DNA from: a bacterium BMS3Abin14
GTDB lineage: Bacteria; BMS3Abin14
Direction: 5' to 3'
DNA length: 64,000 nt
Assembly (NCBI GenBank): GCA_002897695.1
Contig: BDTG01000041.1
Span: 20,101-84,100, forward strand
The translations under genes and the position numbers were made by a program. Below, piece by piece: positions 55,348-64,000 of this stretch (its first letter is position 1; every line of letters begins with the position of its first letter). The notes beneath the pieces are model-generated. The model had not been told where the DNA came from and made no database searches. It was given only the letters and a program-made list of their open reading frames with translations.

Positions 55348-57327
55348 CGTCTTGATCCTCGGCATGAGAGAAAGCCTGATTTTCTGTCCCACATTTTCCC
55401 CTGGCGCAGGGTCCTGGCGAATCACTACCCCGGTACCGGAAACATCAATACCCGAGTTCAGGCCGGAAAGTACCTGGAGGGCCTCTCTTAAAGTCAGGCC
55501 CTGGAGATCCGGCATGGCAGGGGAACCGGAAGCGTCTACTTCATGATCCGCCCGGGCAAGTTTCGTTCCCTCGGGAATCGGGGGATATTTTCTGTCTTTT
55601 TCGGGAACAGCGGGTTCAACCTTGAGATACTCCAACGTTTTTCCAACTATTCTGGCCCAGATGGGCGCGGCAACCACACCACCGTATATATCGGTTTGAG
55701 GTTCGTCGACCACAACGATCACGGTTATGACCGGCTTATCAGCGGGGGCAAACCCCACGAACGAGGCCACATAGGCGTCTTCGGAATACCGGCCTTCCCT
55801 GGAGGAAAACTTCTGCGCCGTGCCCGTCTTTCCCGCGACCTTGTAACCTGGTATGGCAGCCCGGACACCCGACCCGCCTAGCCTGACCACAGACTCCATC
55901 ATCCCGGTCATCTTCTTTGCGGTAGACTCGCTGATCACCTGACGAATTATTTCAGGCCGGTTCTTCAGGACAGACTGTCCCGATGAATTGACAATATTTT
56001 CAACCAGAAACGGACGGAGGAGACGTCCCCCGGTTGCGATAACGTTGATGGCGTTTACCATCTGCAACGGGGTCACGGCGATCCCCTGACCGAAGGATGC
56101 GTTTGCGGTATCAACCTGCCGCCATGTGGCAGCATCCCTCATCACACCCTTTCTTTCTCCGGGCAACAGAAGCCCGACACGACTTTTAAAACCGAAACGA
56201 ACCGCATAATCGGCAAGTCGAGTCCTGCCAAGCTTAAGGCCGATTTTACTTGCCCCTATATTGCTGGATTTCTGGACGATACCCTTCAGGGTCAACCATC
56301 CGTGTGGAACATGGTCCTTGATAAAGATATTCCCAATCTCGAATTTTCCATTTTCACAGAAGAGGATATCCATATCATCAAAGACCTTTTCCTCCAAAGC
56401 CGCGGAAACTGTGATGATCTTGAAAGTGGAACCGGGTTCGTACGTGAAATTAATTGCGCGATTCCGGTAATTAGCTGAAGAAAATCTTTGAAATTCATTG
56501 GGGTTAAAGCCCGGAAAGCTCGCCATGGCCAGAATTTTACCGGTCGCTGACTCGATAACGATTGCCGCGGCCCCCTTGGCGGATGCTCCGGCGGCTCCGG
56601 CGTTGAGGGCCTCCTCTGTGAAGTACTGTATGGTTCGATCCAGGGTGAGATGAACGGTTGACCCCATCGTGGGTTTCAGGTTCCAGGAGTCGTCAGGTGA
56701 ATATATCCGTCCCATGGCATCCCTTTTAAGAACCCTGACTCCCCCAGCTCCTTTAAGCTGGTCATCCAGCGAGTCCTCAAGTCCTTCCAGCCCGCGGTCC
56801 GTGCCGACAAAGCCCAGAACAGGCCCTGCGAGATCAAGGCTCGGATAGTACCGCCTTGACTCCTTCTGAATCCCCATCCCGGGAAGGTCCAGCGCCCGCA
56901 CTTTTTCAGCCTTCTCAGGAGAGATTTTCCGCACCAGCCACACAAATCCCGATCCGGTTTTCATCCTGGCAAGAAGATGGCCGCCGTCCACATCTACCGC
57001 CTTTCCAAGCAGTTGAGCTTCTAATCCCTTGTCGGTGATATCTCCACGAAAGGCGTATACGGATGACACGGGAACACTGACTGCCAGGCGCTGCCCATTC
57101 CGGTCGAGGATGGCCCCACGGCGTGGGTTTATGCTGACCGTCATTCGGTTCTGACGGATGGCGCGTTCGCGAAGGACTTCCCCGTGAAGGATCTGAAGGT
57201 AGAAGGCCTTGAGCATGGGGAGCAGCAGAAGCAGCGGTATCAGGATTCCCAGAAACCTGATGCGGCCGCGCACCCCGTCTGTCCAGGAACTGCCCCGGTC
57301 GCCCCGTTTTCTCATTGGATCATCCAT
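55345..57327 (-). CDS. ftsI: Class B PBP FtsI with C-terminal PASTA domain
   Basis: RGAILDRNG, RYYP, EPGSTFK (SxxK), SSN, KTGTAQK, MPDLQGL; start uncertain. Confidence 0.95.
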   Translation of the reverse strand: MDDPMRKRGDRGSSWTDGVRGRIRFLGILIPLLLLLPMLKAFYLQILHGEVLRERAIRQNRMTVSINPRRGAILDRNGQRLAVSVPVSSVYAFRGDITDKGLEAQLLGKAVDVDGGHLLARMKTGSGFVWLVRKISPEKAEKVRALDLPGMGIQKESRRYYPSLDLAGPVLGFVGTDRGLEGLEDSLDDQLKGAGGVRVLKRDAMGRIYSPDDSWNLKPTMGSTVHLTLDRTIQYFTEEALNAGAAGASAKGAAAIVIESATGKILAMASFPGFNPNEFQRFSSANYRNRAINFTYEPGSTFKIITVSAALEEKVFDDMDILFCENGKFEIGNIFIKDHVPHGWLTLKGIVQKSSNIGASKIGLKLGRTRLADYAVRFGFKSRVGLLLPGERKGVMRDAATWRQVDTANASFGQGIAVTPLQMVNAINVIATGGRLLRPFLVENIVNSSGQSVLKNRPEIIRQVISESTAKKMTGMMESVVRLGGSGVRAAIPGYKVAGKTGTAQKFSSREGRYSEDAYVASFVGFAPADKPVITVIVVVDEPQTDIYGGVVAAPIWARIVGKTLEYLKVEPAVPEKDRKYPPIPEGTKLARADHEVDASGSPAMPDLQGLTLREALQVLSGLNSGIDVSGTGVVIRQDPAPGENVGQKIRLSLMPRIKT

Positions 57328-57391
57328 TTCGCCAGGGTCGTAAAAAATCCACTCATGGCTTTTTCCCAACAAAAAGCGAAAAATGCCATTT

Positions 57392-57730
57392 TCATTTTCC
57401 TCTCAAATCTTCCGGAATCATCATTACCTGTCCCGGACCAGGGTCCTTCATCCCCATGCGCTCCCGTGCAATATGCTCGATCCGTTCGGGCCTGTTTAAC
57501 ATGGCCCTCTCGATCTCAAGTTCCCGGTTGAGGCCGGCTTTGCGGGCCTCAGCCTTTTCCAGATCCCTTACCTGATATCCCAGGTCGATAACGTCGACAC
57601 CGCGCCATGCTGTTACGAAAATACCGCCGCCGACCAGAACGGAGATCAGCAGAACAATTGTCAATTCCCTGAGCCCGGGCGCCGCGATATGCTGCTCACG
57701 CTTTGCTCTGACTCCGGCGACTGCATTCAC
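57392..57730 (-). CDS. ftsL: Cell division protein FtsL
   Basis: Single TM, LGY, coiled coil, RIEHIARERMGM; between rsmH and ftsI. Confidence 0.85.
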   Translation of the reverse strand: MNAVAGVRAKREQHIAAPGLRELTIVLLISVLVGGGIFVTAWRGVDVIDLGYQVRDLEKAEARKAGLNRELEIERAMLNRPERIEHIARERMGMKDPGPGQVMMIPEDLRGK

Positions 57731-58677
57731 GGGATGATCCTCTCAAAAACACGCATCTTGGCGCTCCTGCTCCTGGGGTTGGCGCGGATCTCATCCTCAC
57801 CCGGCACGATGGGGCGCCTTGTCACGACCTTCCCTTCCGGCTTTTCTCCGCATACGCACAGGGGAAAATACGGGGGGCATCGGCAGGGGTTTTCCATATC
57901 CCTGAATTCCCTTTTTACAATTCTGTCCTCCAGCGAATGGAAAGAGATGACAACCATACGTCCACCTGAGACCAGATACTCAACGGAATCGGGAATGGCG
58001 CTTGCCAGAGATCCCAATTCATCGTTAACCTCAATACGCAAAGCCTGAAAGGATCGTGTCGCGGGATGAATCCGGAAACGATCCCTTCCTCCCATGGCGG
58101 CCGCGATGATTCCAGCCAACTCCGTGGTGCTGCGGATCCGTCCCCTTTGACGGCTTCTGACTATGGCCCTGGTTATTGCGGCTGACTGCCTTTCCTCCCC
58201 ATAGCGAAACAGGATTTTTTTCAGGTCCGGTGGGGAATATTCATTGACCACTTCCTCGGCCGTGAGGGGGCCGGACGGGTCCATGCGCATATCCAGAGGA
58301 CCGTCGTACTGGAAGGAAAAACCCCTTCTTCCAGTCTCGAGCTGTCTGCTCGAAACCCCAAGATCCATGATAATCCCGTCCACCATATCTACCCCAGCTT
58401 TTTTCAGCTCGACCCCTGCATTTTTGAAATCGGCCTGGTAAAGATGCACCCTCCCTTCAAATTCCCGGAGCCTTTCCCCGGCCAACTTCAGGATTTCAGG
58501 ATCTCTGTCCAGGCCGACAACCTGTGTGCCCGCGCATCGAGTCAGGATGGCTGCGGAGTGCCCTCCTTCTCCGACCGTCCCGTCCAGATACACCCCTCCC
58601 TCCCGGATTCGAAGCTCCCTGAGGAGTTCATCCAGCAGGACCGGTATGTGCCCTTGCCCGGCCTCGTAACCTGCCAT
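57727..58677 (-). CDS. rsmH: 16S rRNA m4C1402 methyltransferase
   Basis: HIPVL, DGTVGEGGHS, DLGVSS, RGFSF..PLDMRM, SFHSLEDR, NPRSRSAK. Confidence 0.96.
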   Translation of the reverse strand: MAGYEAGQGHIPVLLDELLRELRIREGGVYLDGTVGEGGHSAAILTRCAGTQVVGLDRDPEILKLAGERLREFEGRVHLYQADFKNAGVELKKAGVDMVDGIIMDLGVSSRQLETGRRGFSFQYDGPLDMRMDPSGPLTAEEVVNEYSPPDLKKILFRYGEERQSAAITRAIVRSRQRGRIRSTTELAGIIAAAMGGRDRFRIHPATRSFQALRIEVNDELGSLASAIPDSVEYLVSGGRMVVISFHSLEDRIVKREFRDMENPCRCPPYFPLCVCGEKPEGKVVTRRPIVPGEDEIRANPRSRSAKMRVFERIIP

Positions 58678-58696
58678 TATTCCCTGTTGGCATCCA

Positions 58697-58889
58697 TTGA
58701 CATGGTCGCAAAAAGTCCACTTGTCTGCGTGCAACGCACAGGCAGGTTCATGGCTTTTTGCTCAACGGAAAGCGAAAAGTGTCCTTTTCACTTTCATCAC
58801 AAATCAACAACTTGCGTTCCAGGCCATTGATTCAGGCGCCCTCATGGATGATGGCTTTGTAAAAAGTCATCATCCATGAGGGTGCCTGA
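58697..58889. mobile_element. MITE-like copy ending in a 27-bp-stem hairpin, between mraZ and rsmH
   Basis: ttgacatggtcgcaaaaagtcc..tggctttttgctcaacggaaagcg..caaatcaacaacttgcg shared with the 24056 copy; hairpin at 58832-58889. Confidence 0.7.
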
Positions 58890-58893
58890 GAGA

Positions 58894-59346
58894 TCACAGG
58901 CCAAAATCGGCCAGTTCTTCAGCTATCTGATCGAAATTTTCTACGGCTCGCTGGATCTCCTCATCCCATCGCTGCCGACTCCAGATCTCGATCTTGTGGA
59001 GCATTCCAGCCATGACGACATGCTTATCCAGCTCGGCGGCCTTCCGAAGGGTGGGAGGAACAAGGACCCTTCCCTGTTTATCCATTTCGCATTCAGTGGC
59101 TCCGGAGTAGAAGTAACGGAGAAATCCCTGGACATTGGACTTGAGCGTTGACAGCCGGCTTGCTTTGGATTCCAGAATTTCCCACCTATCGGGTGTGTAA
59201 ATCACGAGGCAATATGGTAGATTGGTGATGATGAGCCGGCCGTTGTGATTTTCTGCGATGACGTCCCTGAACCTGGCGGGAATGGCCAGACGGCCTTTAT
59301 CGTCGATAGTGTGTTCAAAACGGCCACGAAACAGAATTGGGTCCAC
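58894..59346 (-). CDS. mraZ: Transcriptional regulator MraZ
   Basis: FRGRFEHTIDDKGRLAIP, DKQGRVLVP, EIW. Confidence 0.96.
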   Translation of the reverse strand: MDPILFRGRFEHTIDDKGRLAIPARFRDVIAENHNGRLIITNLPYCLVIYTPDRWEILESKASRLSTLKSNVQGFLRYFYSGATECEMDKQGRVLVPPTLRKAAELDKHVVMAGMLHKIEIWSRQRWDEEIQRAVENFDQIAEELADFGL

Positions 59347-59357
59347 GTATCACCTCT

Positions 59358-59412
59358 CCCCACTTTATCCCACATTGCCCCACACTATAGGGGTGGGTTT
59401 TCCCCTTGTCAA
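59358..59412 (-). promoter_or_regulatory. dcw promoter and three MraZ boxes
   Basis: TTGACA-17 nt-TATAGT, then GTGGG x3 at 10-bp period. Confidence 0.85.
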
Positions 59413-59464
59413 GAAAATGTTGTGATTTTTCTACGGGTTATAGGCGCATGCCAGAGGTCAAAAA

Positions 59465-59510
59465 ACACTACATATGGGGAATGTGGCGGAGGTCACCCAA
59501 CATATTGAGA
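59465..59510. promoter_or_regulatory. Two tandem NrdR-box-like sites
   Basis: acactacatatgggga and acccaacatattgaga, 30 bp apart start to start, resembling acaCwAtATaTwGtgt. Confidence 0.5.
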
Positions 59511-59870
59511 TATGTAGCAGCCTCTGGAAGGCTGCTACACGGGGTTTCACCAGTCTTCGCCATCCACCTTCGCCAAAACTACGGTGGACAAGAGGCTTCG
59601 ACGTGAGTGAATCATGCCGCCGTGCCGGCATGATATCTCTTTTCTGTCTAACATGGCACGCATGTAGCATTACAATGGGAACTTGACGGCTTTTCGTCTC
59701 AATACAGGCCTTTTTGCTCTGTTTCCGGTCATTTTCGACCAGAAGCCAGACAGTTTTTCGTCAGCAGGATGGATCAGGCTGTGATAAATTTACTCTGGAC
59801 TCCAGGTTCCGGTACGCATTTTCAGGATGACCCAAAACTTCTTTTAACAGGAAATTAAAAGGGGATCTGT

Positions 59871-60842
59871 TTGAGTCCAATTTCATCGGAACTGGTCGGG
59901 CTTGGCTCTGACTTCATCGCTGAATTTCGTTATATATGGTGGTATTTTATTTTCGGCGTGGCCCTGGAGGCTCTCGTAAGAACCTTCGGGTGGCATATCA
60001 AGCTGCGCAAAATCCTTGAACGGTTTGGTCACGGCTCAATATTTCTGGCAGCCGGAATCGGTCTTTTCAGCCCGCTTTGTGCCTGCGGGATCCTGCCGTT
60101 GACCATTTCAATGCTCATAGCTGGAGTACCGCTGGCTCCTGCAATGACCCTTCTGGTAACCAGCCCCCTCATGAGCCCCGCGGGCTATACTCTTACCGCC
60201 TGGGAGCTTGGGAATCAGTGGGCGCTGGCCAAGCTTCTGTCCGCGGTGGCCATGGGGCTGTTTGCCGGATATGTTACCCTCTTTTTCCAGAAACGGGGAG
60301 GGTTCGACAACAAGGACCTCTTCGCAAGAGGTGTCCCAAAGGGAGATTTTCACGATCCGGACTATCCCTGCGATGATCTTCAATGTGACTGTCGGAATCA
60401 GTTCAGTAAAAAATATATCGAGACGAGGACGAAGAACAAATTCCTCATTTTTCTGGGGAAATTTGTTGAAGGCACATGGAAGATCGGGAAATTTACCGTT
60501 CTGGGCGTAGCGATCGAGGTTATCGCCGCCCGCTACGTACCCACGGAATGGATCTCCCCACTCCTGACCAACGCTATCCCTTTCAGTATACCGATCCTGA
60601 CCCTGGCGGTTGTTCCATTGCACGTCAACCAGATCATGGCCTCGGCTATCTTATACGGTTTCGTCGATCTTCCGCTGGCCCACGGACCGGGTCTCGCCTT
60701 TCTGGTGGGAGCTCCGGTTACGGCCATCCCGGTTATGGGGGTTTTTCTCACCTTCTTTCGCCGCAGGGTGTTTTTCCTCTACATGGGCATCTGCATTACG
60801 GGGACAATAGGGCTCGCCTATGCGTATCAATATCTTTTCTGA
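59871..60842 (+). CDS. DUF318/ArsP-like permease
   Basis: SPLCACGILP, G.PL..AMTLLVTSPLMSP, duplicated halves, LAFLVGAPVT; Cys/His/Asp-rich central loop. Confidence 0.82.
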   Translation: MSPISSELVGLGSDFIAEFRYIWWYFIFGVALEALVRTFGWHIKLRKILERFGHGSIFLAAGIGLFSPLCACGILPLTISMLIAGVPLAPAMTLLVTSPLMSPAGYTLTAWELGNQWALAKLLSAVAMGLFAGYVTLFFQKRGGFDNKDLFARGVPKGDFHDPDYPCDDLQCDCRNQFSKKYIETRTKNKFLIFLGKFVEGTWKIGKFTVLGVAIEVIAARYVPTEWISPLLTNAIPFSIPILTLAVVPLHVNQIMASAILYGFVDLPLAHGPGLAFLVGAPVTAIPVMGVFLTFFRRRVFFLYMGICITGTIGLAYAYQYLF

Positions 60843-60849
60843 GTTTGCC

Positions 60850-63336
60850 TTGGCCATATTCTTGCGGATAGCGGTTTTTTTTCTGCTCCTGTCCCCGGTC
60901 CGGGCATGGGCGGGCTCCACCATGCTGACGGAGGTGATCCCGCGAAACAGGACAGTCTCGGGTGAAGTGGTCATCTCCGAAGACCTGTTTATCCCCGAGG
61001 GGGTCACGCTTACTTTCCTGCCCGGAACTACCGTCACGATCATCCCCAGGGAAGGGACAAGGACCGATTCGAAGTTTCTTACCACCCTCACTGAGATCTC
61101 AGTGCGTGGGACGCTCTCCGTACCGGAAGGCCCGGTGGTCTTTCGGCCGGAGGGGGAAATGTTCCGCGGATCCTGGGCGGGCATCATCATGCCGGCCTCG
61201 TCCTCCCGCGTTATCCTTCACGGGGTGAGGATCGCCGGAGCCAGGTACGGCCTCCTCGCCATCGGGGGCGAGGCCGACATACGCGATTCCGGTTTCTCTC
61301 ACAACGAGATCGGCATAGCCGTAACCCCTGATGCCGTCGTCACCGAGGCTTCCAACACGTTCGATTCCAACGGGACAGGAACCGCGGCATGGTTCAGTAA
61401 ATCCCCCTTGAAAGGTATGAAGGACCGCTTCAGCGGCAACGATGATGACACCCTGGCCCTGACCGCACCGGGGGGGGAAATCCTTCACAGGACCATGAAG
61501 CCGGTGATCATTCCCGCACCGCCCGGACGCAGGGAATATCTGGGTCAAGAGGCCATCACCGAGGATACAGTGTGGTCCGGGACTGTCGTCATAGATGGAC
61601 AGGTAGCAGTAATGCCGGACGTGACGCTGACGATCCGGGCGGGGACCAGGGTTCTTTTCCGCTTCCGGGATACCGACCAGGACGGCATCGGTGAGAGCTG
61701 GATCATCGCCCAGGGCCGGGTGAGAGTCCTCGGCAAGGAGGACGCCTGGGTCCTTTTCGATGCCGAGGATGAGAAGGCGGGCCCAGGTGCATGGGGAAGC
61801 TTCAGCATAATCGCCTCCGATGCCCCTGACAACCTGGTCCGCTACGCCCTTTTCAGACATGGGCACAGGTCCTTTCATGTCCATTTTGCCAGGGCGAGCC
61901 TGGAGCACGTGGCCTTCGAGGACAATCTCCGCGGGGTCCAGTTCCAGGAATCGGAGGGTCTCTCCATCAACTGGGGATTATTCACCGGCAACCAGAGCGC
62001 CATGCGCTTTCGGGACTCCACCGTTGACCTGTCAAACATCGTCGTCCGGGACAACACATCGGGGATCAACTTCCTGCGTGCCAGGGTCAGGGCGCGGAAT
62101 CTTCTGGTCGAGGGAAACACCCTGGAGAGTTTCCTGGCCAGGGAGTCGGACACCGACCTTTCCGGCTCGGTATTCACCCGCAACCGGCAGGGCCCCAGAT
62201 TCAAGGGGGAGGGTGAGCAGGTCCGGATGTGGGACGTCGCCTCCGTCGGCAACCTCACCGAGGGGATGTCCTTCAAGAATGTGAAGGCTGACATCCTTGA
62301 TTCGGATCTCTCGGATAACGGTCTGACCGGAGTGTCGGTGACCGATGCTGAAGTCAGCATCGGTTCTTCCCGTATCGCCGGCAACGGCCGCTTTGCCGTG
62401 GACAACAACGGCTCCACCCGGATTGACGCCCGCCACAACGATTGGGGAAAACCGGGTCCACCCTCCCGCGAAAGCATCTACGACGGAACGGATGAGGAGG
62501 GGATAGGGATGGTCCTGACGGATGATCCGACATCCTTCACCCTGGCTTTCCCGGGCCGGCCTCTGCCCGCCGGAACCCAGTCGGCCGATACGCTCATTAC
62601 AGGGGACGTCGCCGTACCCTCCGGACGAACCGTCAAATTGGGACCCGGCGCCCGGGTTCGATTCGCCCCTATCCAGGAGGGCTCCCTTTTCGACCTGTAT
62701 TCGGATCATCCCGATTTTTCATCCTCAGAGCTCCTGATCCGGGGCAAAATAGAAGCTACCGGAGGGACCGATGATCCCGTTACTTTTTCGCGCGCCGCCC
62801 CGCCGGAGTGGACAGATATCGAACCGCCGCCGTTATGGGGAGGGATCAACCTCACAGGCGGAGAGGGCGGAATTTTCAGGAACTGTGTGATCTCCGGAGC
62901 GCTGACTGGAATCCATGCCCGGGAGGCTGCTTCAGTAGCTATCGAACAATGCATCCTGGAAGACAACGAGGTAGGAATTCGATTCTCCAGAACCCATGTC
63001 TCCATCACGGACAACATCTTCCGGCACAATGAGGCGGGCCTCCGGTTCCACGAATTCGGTGGGGTTGTTGAGAATAACTCCTTCGACTCCAACGAAACGG
63101 CCGTCTTCGTCACCAAGAACCCCCAGGGAGTCATCCTGCGAAACAACATCTTCAGAAACAGCGCCGATTACCATGTGAAGCTGGGGGAACACGTGTCGGA
63201 TGATATCAGAATCTCCGGCGGGATCTTCGAGGTCCCGAAGGGAAAGAGGCCTGAGGATCTCATCTTCGACCGGAAGAACGAGGATTACCTCGGAAAGGTT
63301 ATCCTGGAGGGGGTTTCAGTGGTCAGCGGTCGTTAG
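60850..63336 (+). CDS. Exported protein with three pectin-lyase-like (right-handed beta-helix) modules
   Basis: Signal peptide; three G.V.I..D.....LT..GT.V.F / W.GI starts followed by F..N..GI repeats. Confidence 0.8.
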   Translation: MAIFLRIAVFFLLLSPVRAWAGSTMLTEVIPRNRTVSGEVVISEDLFIPEGVTLTFLPGTTVTIIPREGTRTDSKFLTTLTEISVRGTLSVPEGPVVFRPEGEMFRGSWAGIIMPASSSRVILHGVRIAGARYGLLAIGGEADIRDSGFSHNEIGIAVTPDAVVTEASNTFDSNGTGTAAWFSKSPLKGMKDRFSGNDDDTLALTAPGGEILHRTMKPVIIPAPPGRREYLGQEAITEDTVWSGTVVIDGQVAVMPDVTLTIRAGTRVLFRFRDTDQDGIGESWIIAQGRVRVLGKEDAWVLFDAEDEKAGPGAWGSFSIIASDAPDNLVRYALFRHGHRSFHVHFARASLEHVAFEDNLRGVQFQESEGLSINWGLFTGNQSAMRFRDSTVDLSNIVVRDNTSGINFLRARVRARNLLVEGNTLESFLARESDTDLSGSVFTRNRQGPRFKGEGEQVRMWDVASVGNLTEGMSFKNVKADILDSDLSDNGLTGVSVTDAEVSIGSSRIAGNGRFAVDNNGSTRIDARHNDWGKPGPPSRESIYDGTDEEGIGMVLTDDPTSFTLAFPGRPLPAGTQSADTLITGDVAVPSGRTVKLGPGARVRFAPIQEGSLFDLYSDHPDFSSSELLIRGKIEATGGTDDPVTFSRAAPPEWTDIEPPPLWGGINLTGGEGGIFRNCVISGALTGIHAREAASVAIEQCILEDNEVGIRFSRTHVSITDNIFRHNEAGLRFHEFGGVVENNSFDSNETAVFVTKNPQGVILRNNIFRNSADYHVKLGEHVSDDIRISGGIFEVPKGKRPEDLIFDRKNEDYLGKVILEGVSVVSGR

Positions 63337-63979
63337 CCGATACCCCTGTTTTGCGGCAGAATTCTTCCACCGGGCAATCGCCGCACACCGCCTTCCTCGC
63401 CGTGCACTTGTCCCTTCCCAGATAGATAAGTTCGCTGGAAAACGGGAGCCACCGGTCCTCGGGAAGCAGTGCGTTCAGGTCCCTTTCGATCCTCTCCGGG
63501 TTCCTGCTGTCCGTCAACCCCATCCGGAAGGAAACACGCTTGACGTGAGTATCCACCACGATCCCCGGCACTCCATCGGCAATGCCCAGAACCAGGTTGG
63601 CGGTCTTCCGCCCCACACCCGGAAGCCGGACCATCTCCTCTAACGATGACGGCACTTTTCCGCCATGCTCCCTGACCAGGGCCTCACAGCATCCCTTGAT
63701 GGACCTGGCTTTCTGCCGGAAGAATCCAGTGGAGTGAATCGCATCTTCGAGTTCGGCGAGACCAGCCGCGGCGAAGGCGGGCGCGTCAGGATACTTTTTA
63801 AACAGTCCGGGGGTGACCTTGTTGACCCGGTCGTCGGTACACTGGGCCGAAAGGATGGTAGCAACCAGCAGCTGGACGGTGTTCTCGAAGTTAAGGGCAG
63901 TACCGTTCGGGTAAAGGCCGGACAGAATCAGGTCGATCCTGGATGTCCGTTTTTTCTTATCCCGGATGGTCTCCTTCAT
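63323..63979 (-). CDS. nth: Endonuclease III
   Basis: ILSAQCTD, LPGVGRKTAN (HhH), VDTHV, C-x6-C-x2-C-x5-C. Confidence 0.95.
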   Translation of the reverse strand: MKETIRDKKKRTSRIDLILSGLYPNGTALNFENTVQLLVATILSAQCTDDRVNKVTPGLFKKYPDAPAFAAAGLAELEDAIHSTGFFRQKARSIKGCCEALVREHGGKVPSSLEEMVRLPGVGRKTANLVLGIADGVPGIVVDTHVKRVSFRMGLTDSRNPERIERDLNALLPEDRWLPFSSELIYLGRDKCTARKAVCGDCPVEEFCRKTGVSANDR

Positions 63980-64000
63980 GGTCTGCTCAACCTTTTTCTT

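Noticed and set aside
59511..59870. RNase P RNA or another ncRNA upstream of mraZ
   Set aside because: No GAGGAAAGTCC or other rnpB core; only short hairpins and a REP-like unit.
60840..60966. Selenocysteine readthrough of the permease TGA
   Set aside because: The stop follows the last TM helix at a normal length, the next gene starts immediately, and no convincing SECIS was seen.

Overview
Mostly core chromosome of a GC-rich diderm bacterium; gene order and protein types suggest a Deltaproteobacteria/Desulfobacterota-like lineage (inference). Left to right: metX (partial)-metY; glmU-glmS-pcrA; a yggT-divIVA-yggU run extended by an HExxH peptidase, a PEGA protein and a Kelch lipoprotein; an inverted proC and yggS; a ferredoxin; tRNA-Asp and tRNA-Val; tig-clpP-clpX-lon with tRNA-Leu; a ~4.2 kb collapsed region of fused remnants (Tat-signal stub, dppBCDF, IS5-family transposase, REC-PilZ); a cobalamin-riboswitch-controlled btuB-tonB-btuFDC operon; GDPD; MFS; sigma54-type glnK-amtB; a ferritin-like gene; a metallophosphoesterase; maf; a radical SAM gene; the complete dcw cluster (mraZ to ftsZ); a DUF318-like permease with a triple beta-helix protein; and nth. 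I saw no CRISPR array, prophage or defence system. The most interesting signals are non-coding or structural: a MITE-like repeat family whose TGATG ends coincide with stop codons, tandem NrdR-like boxes beside the mraZ promoter, a candidate leader-peptide attenuator before metY, an AT-rich in-frame block inside the Kelch lipoprotein, serial microhomology deletions, and a perfect 26-bp inverted repeat resembling the tRNA-Asp 5' end. All family calls are by motif recognition; no searches were run.
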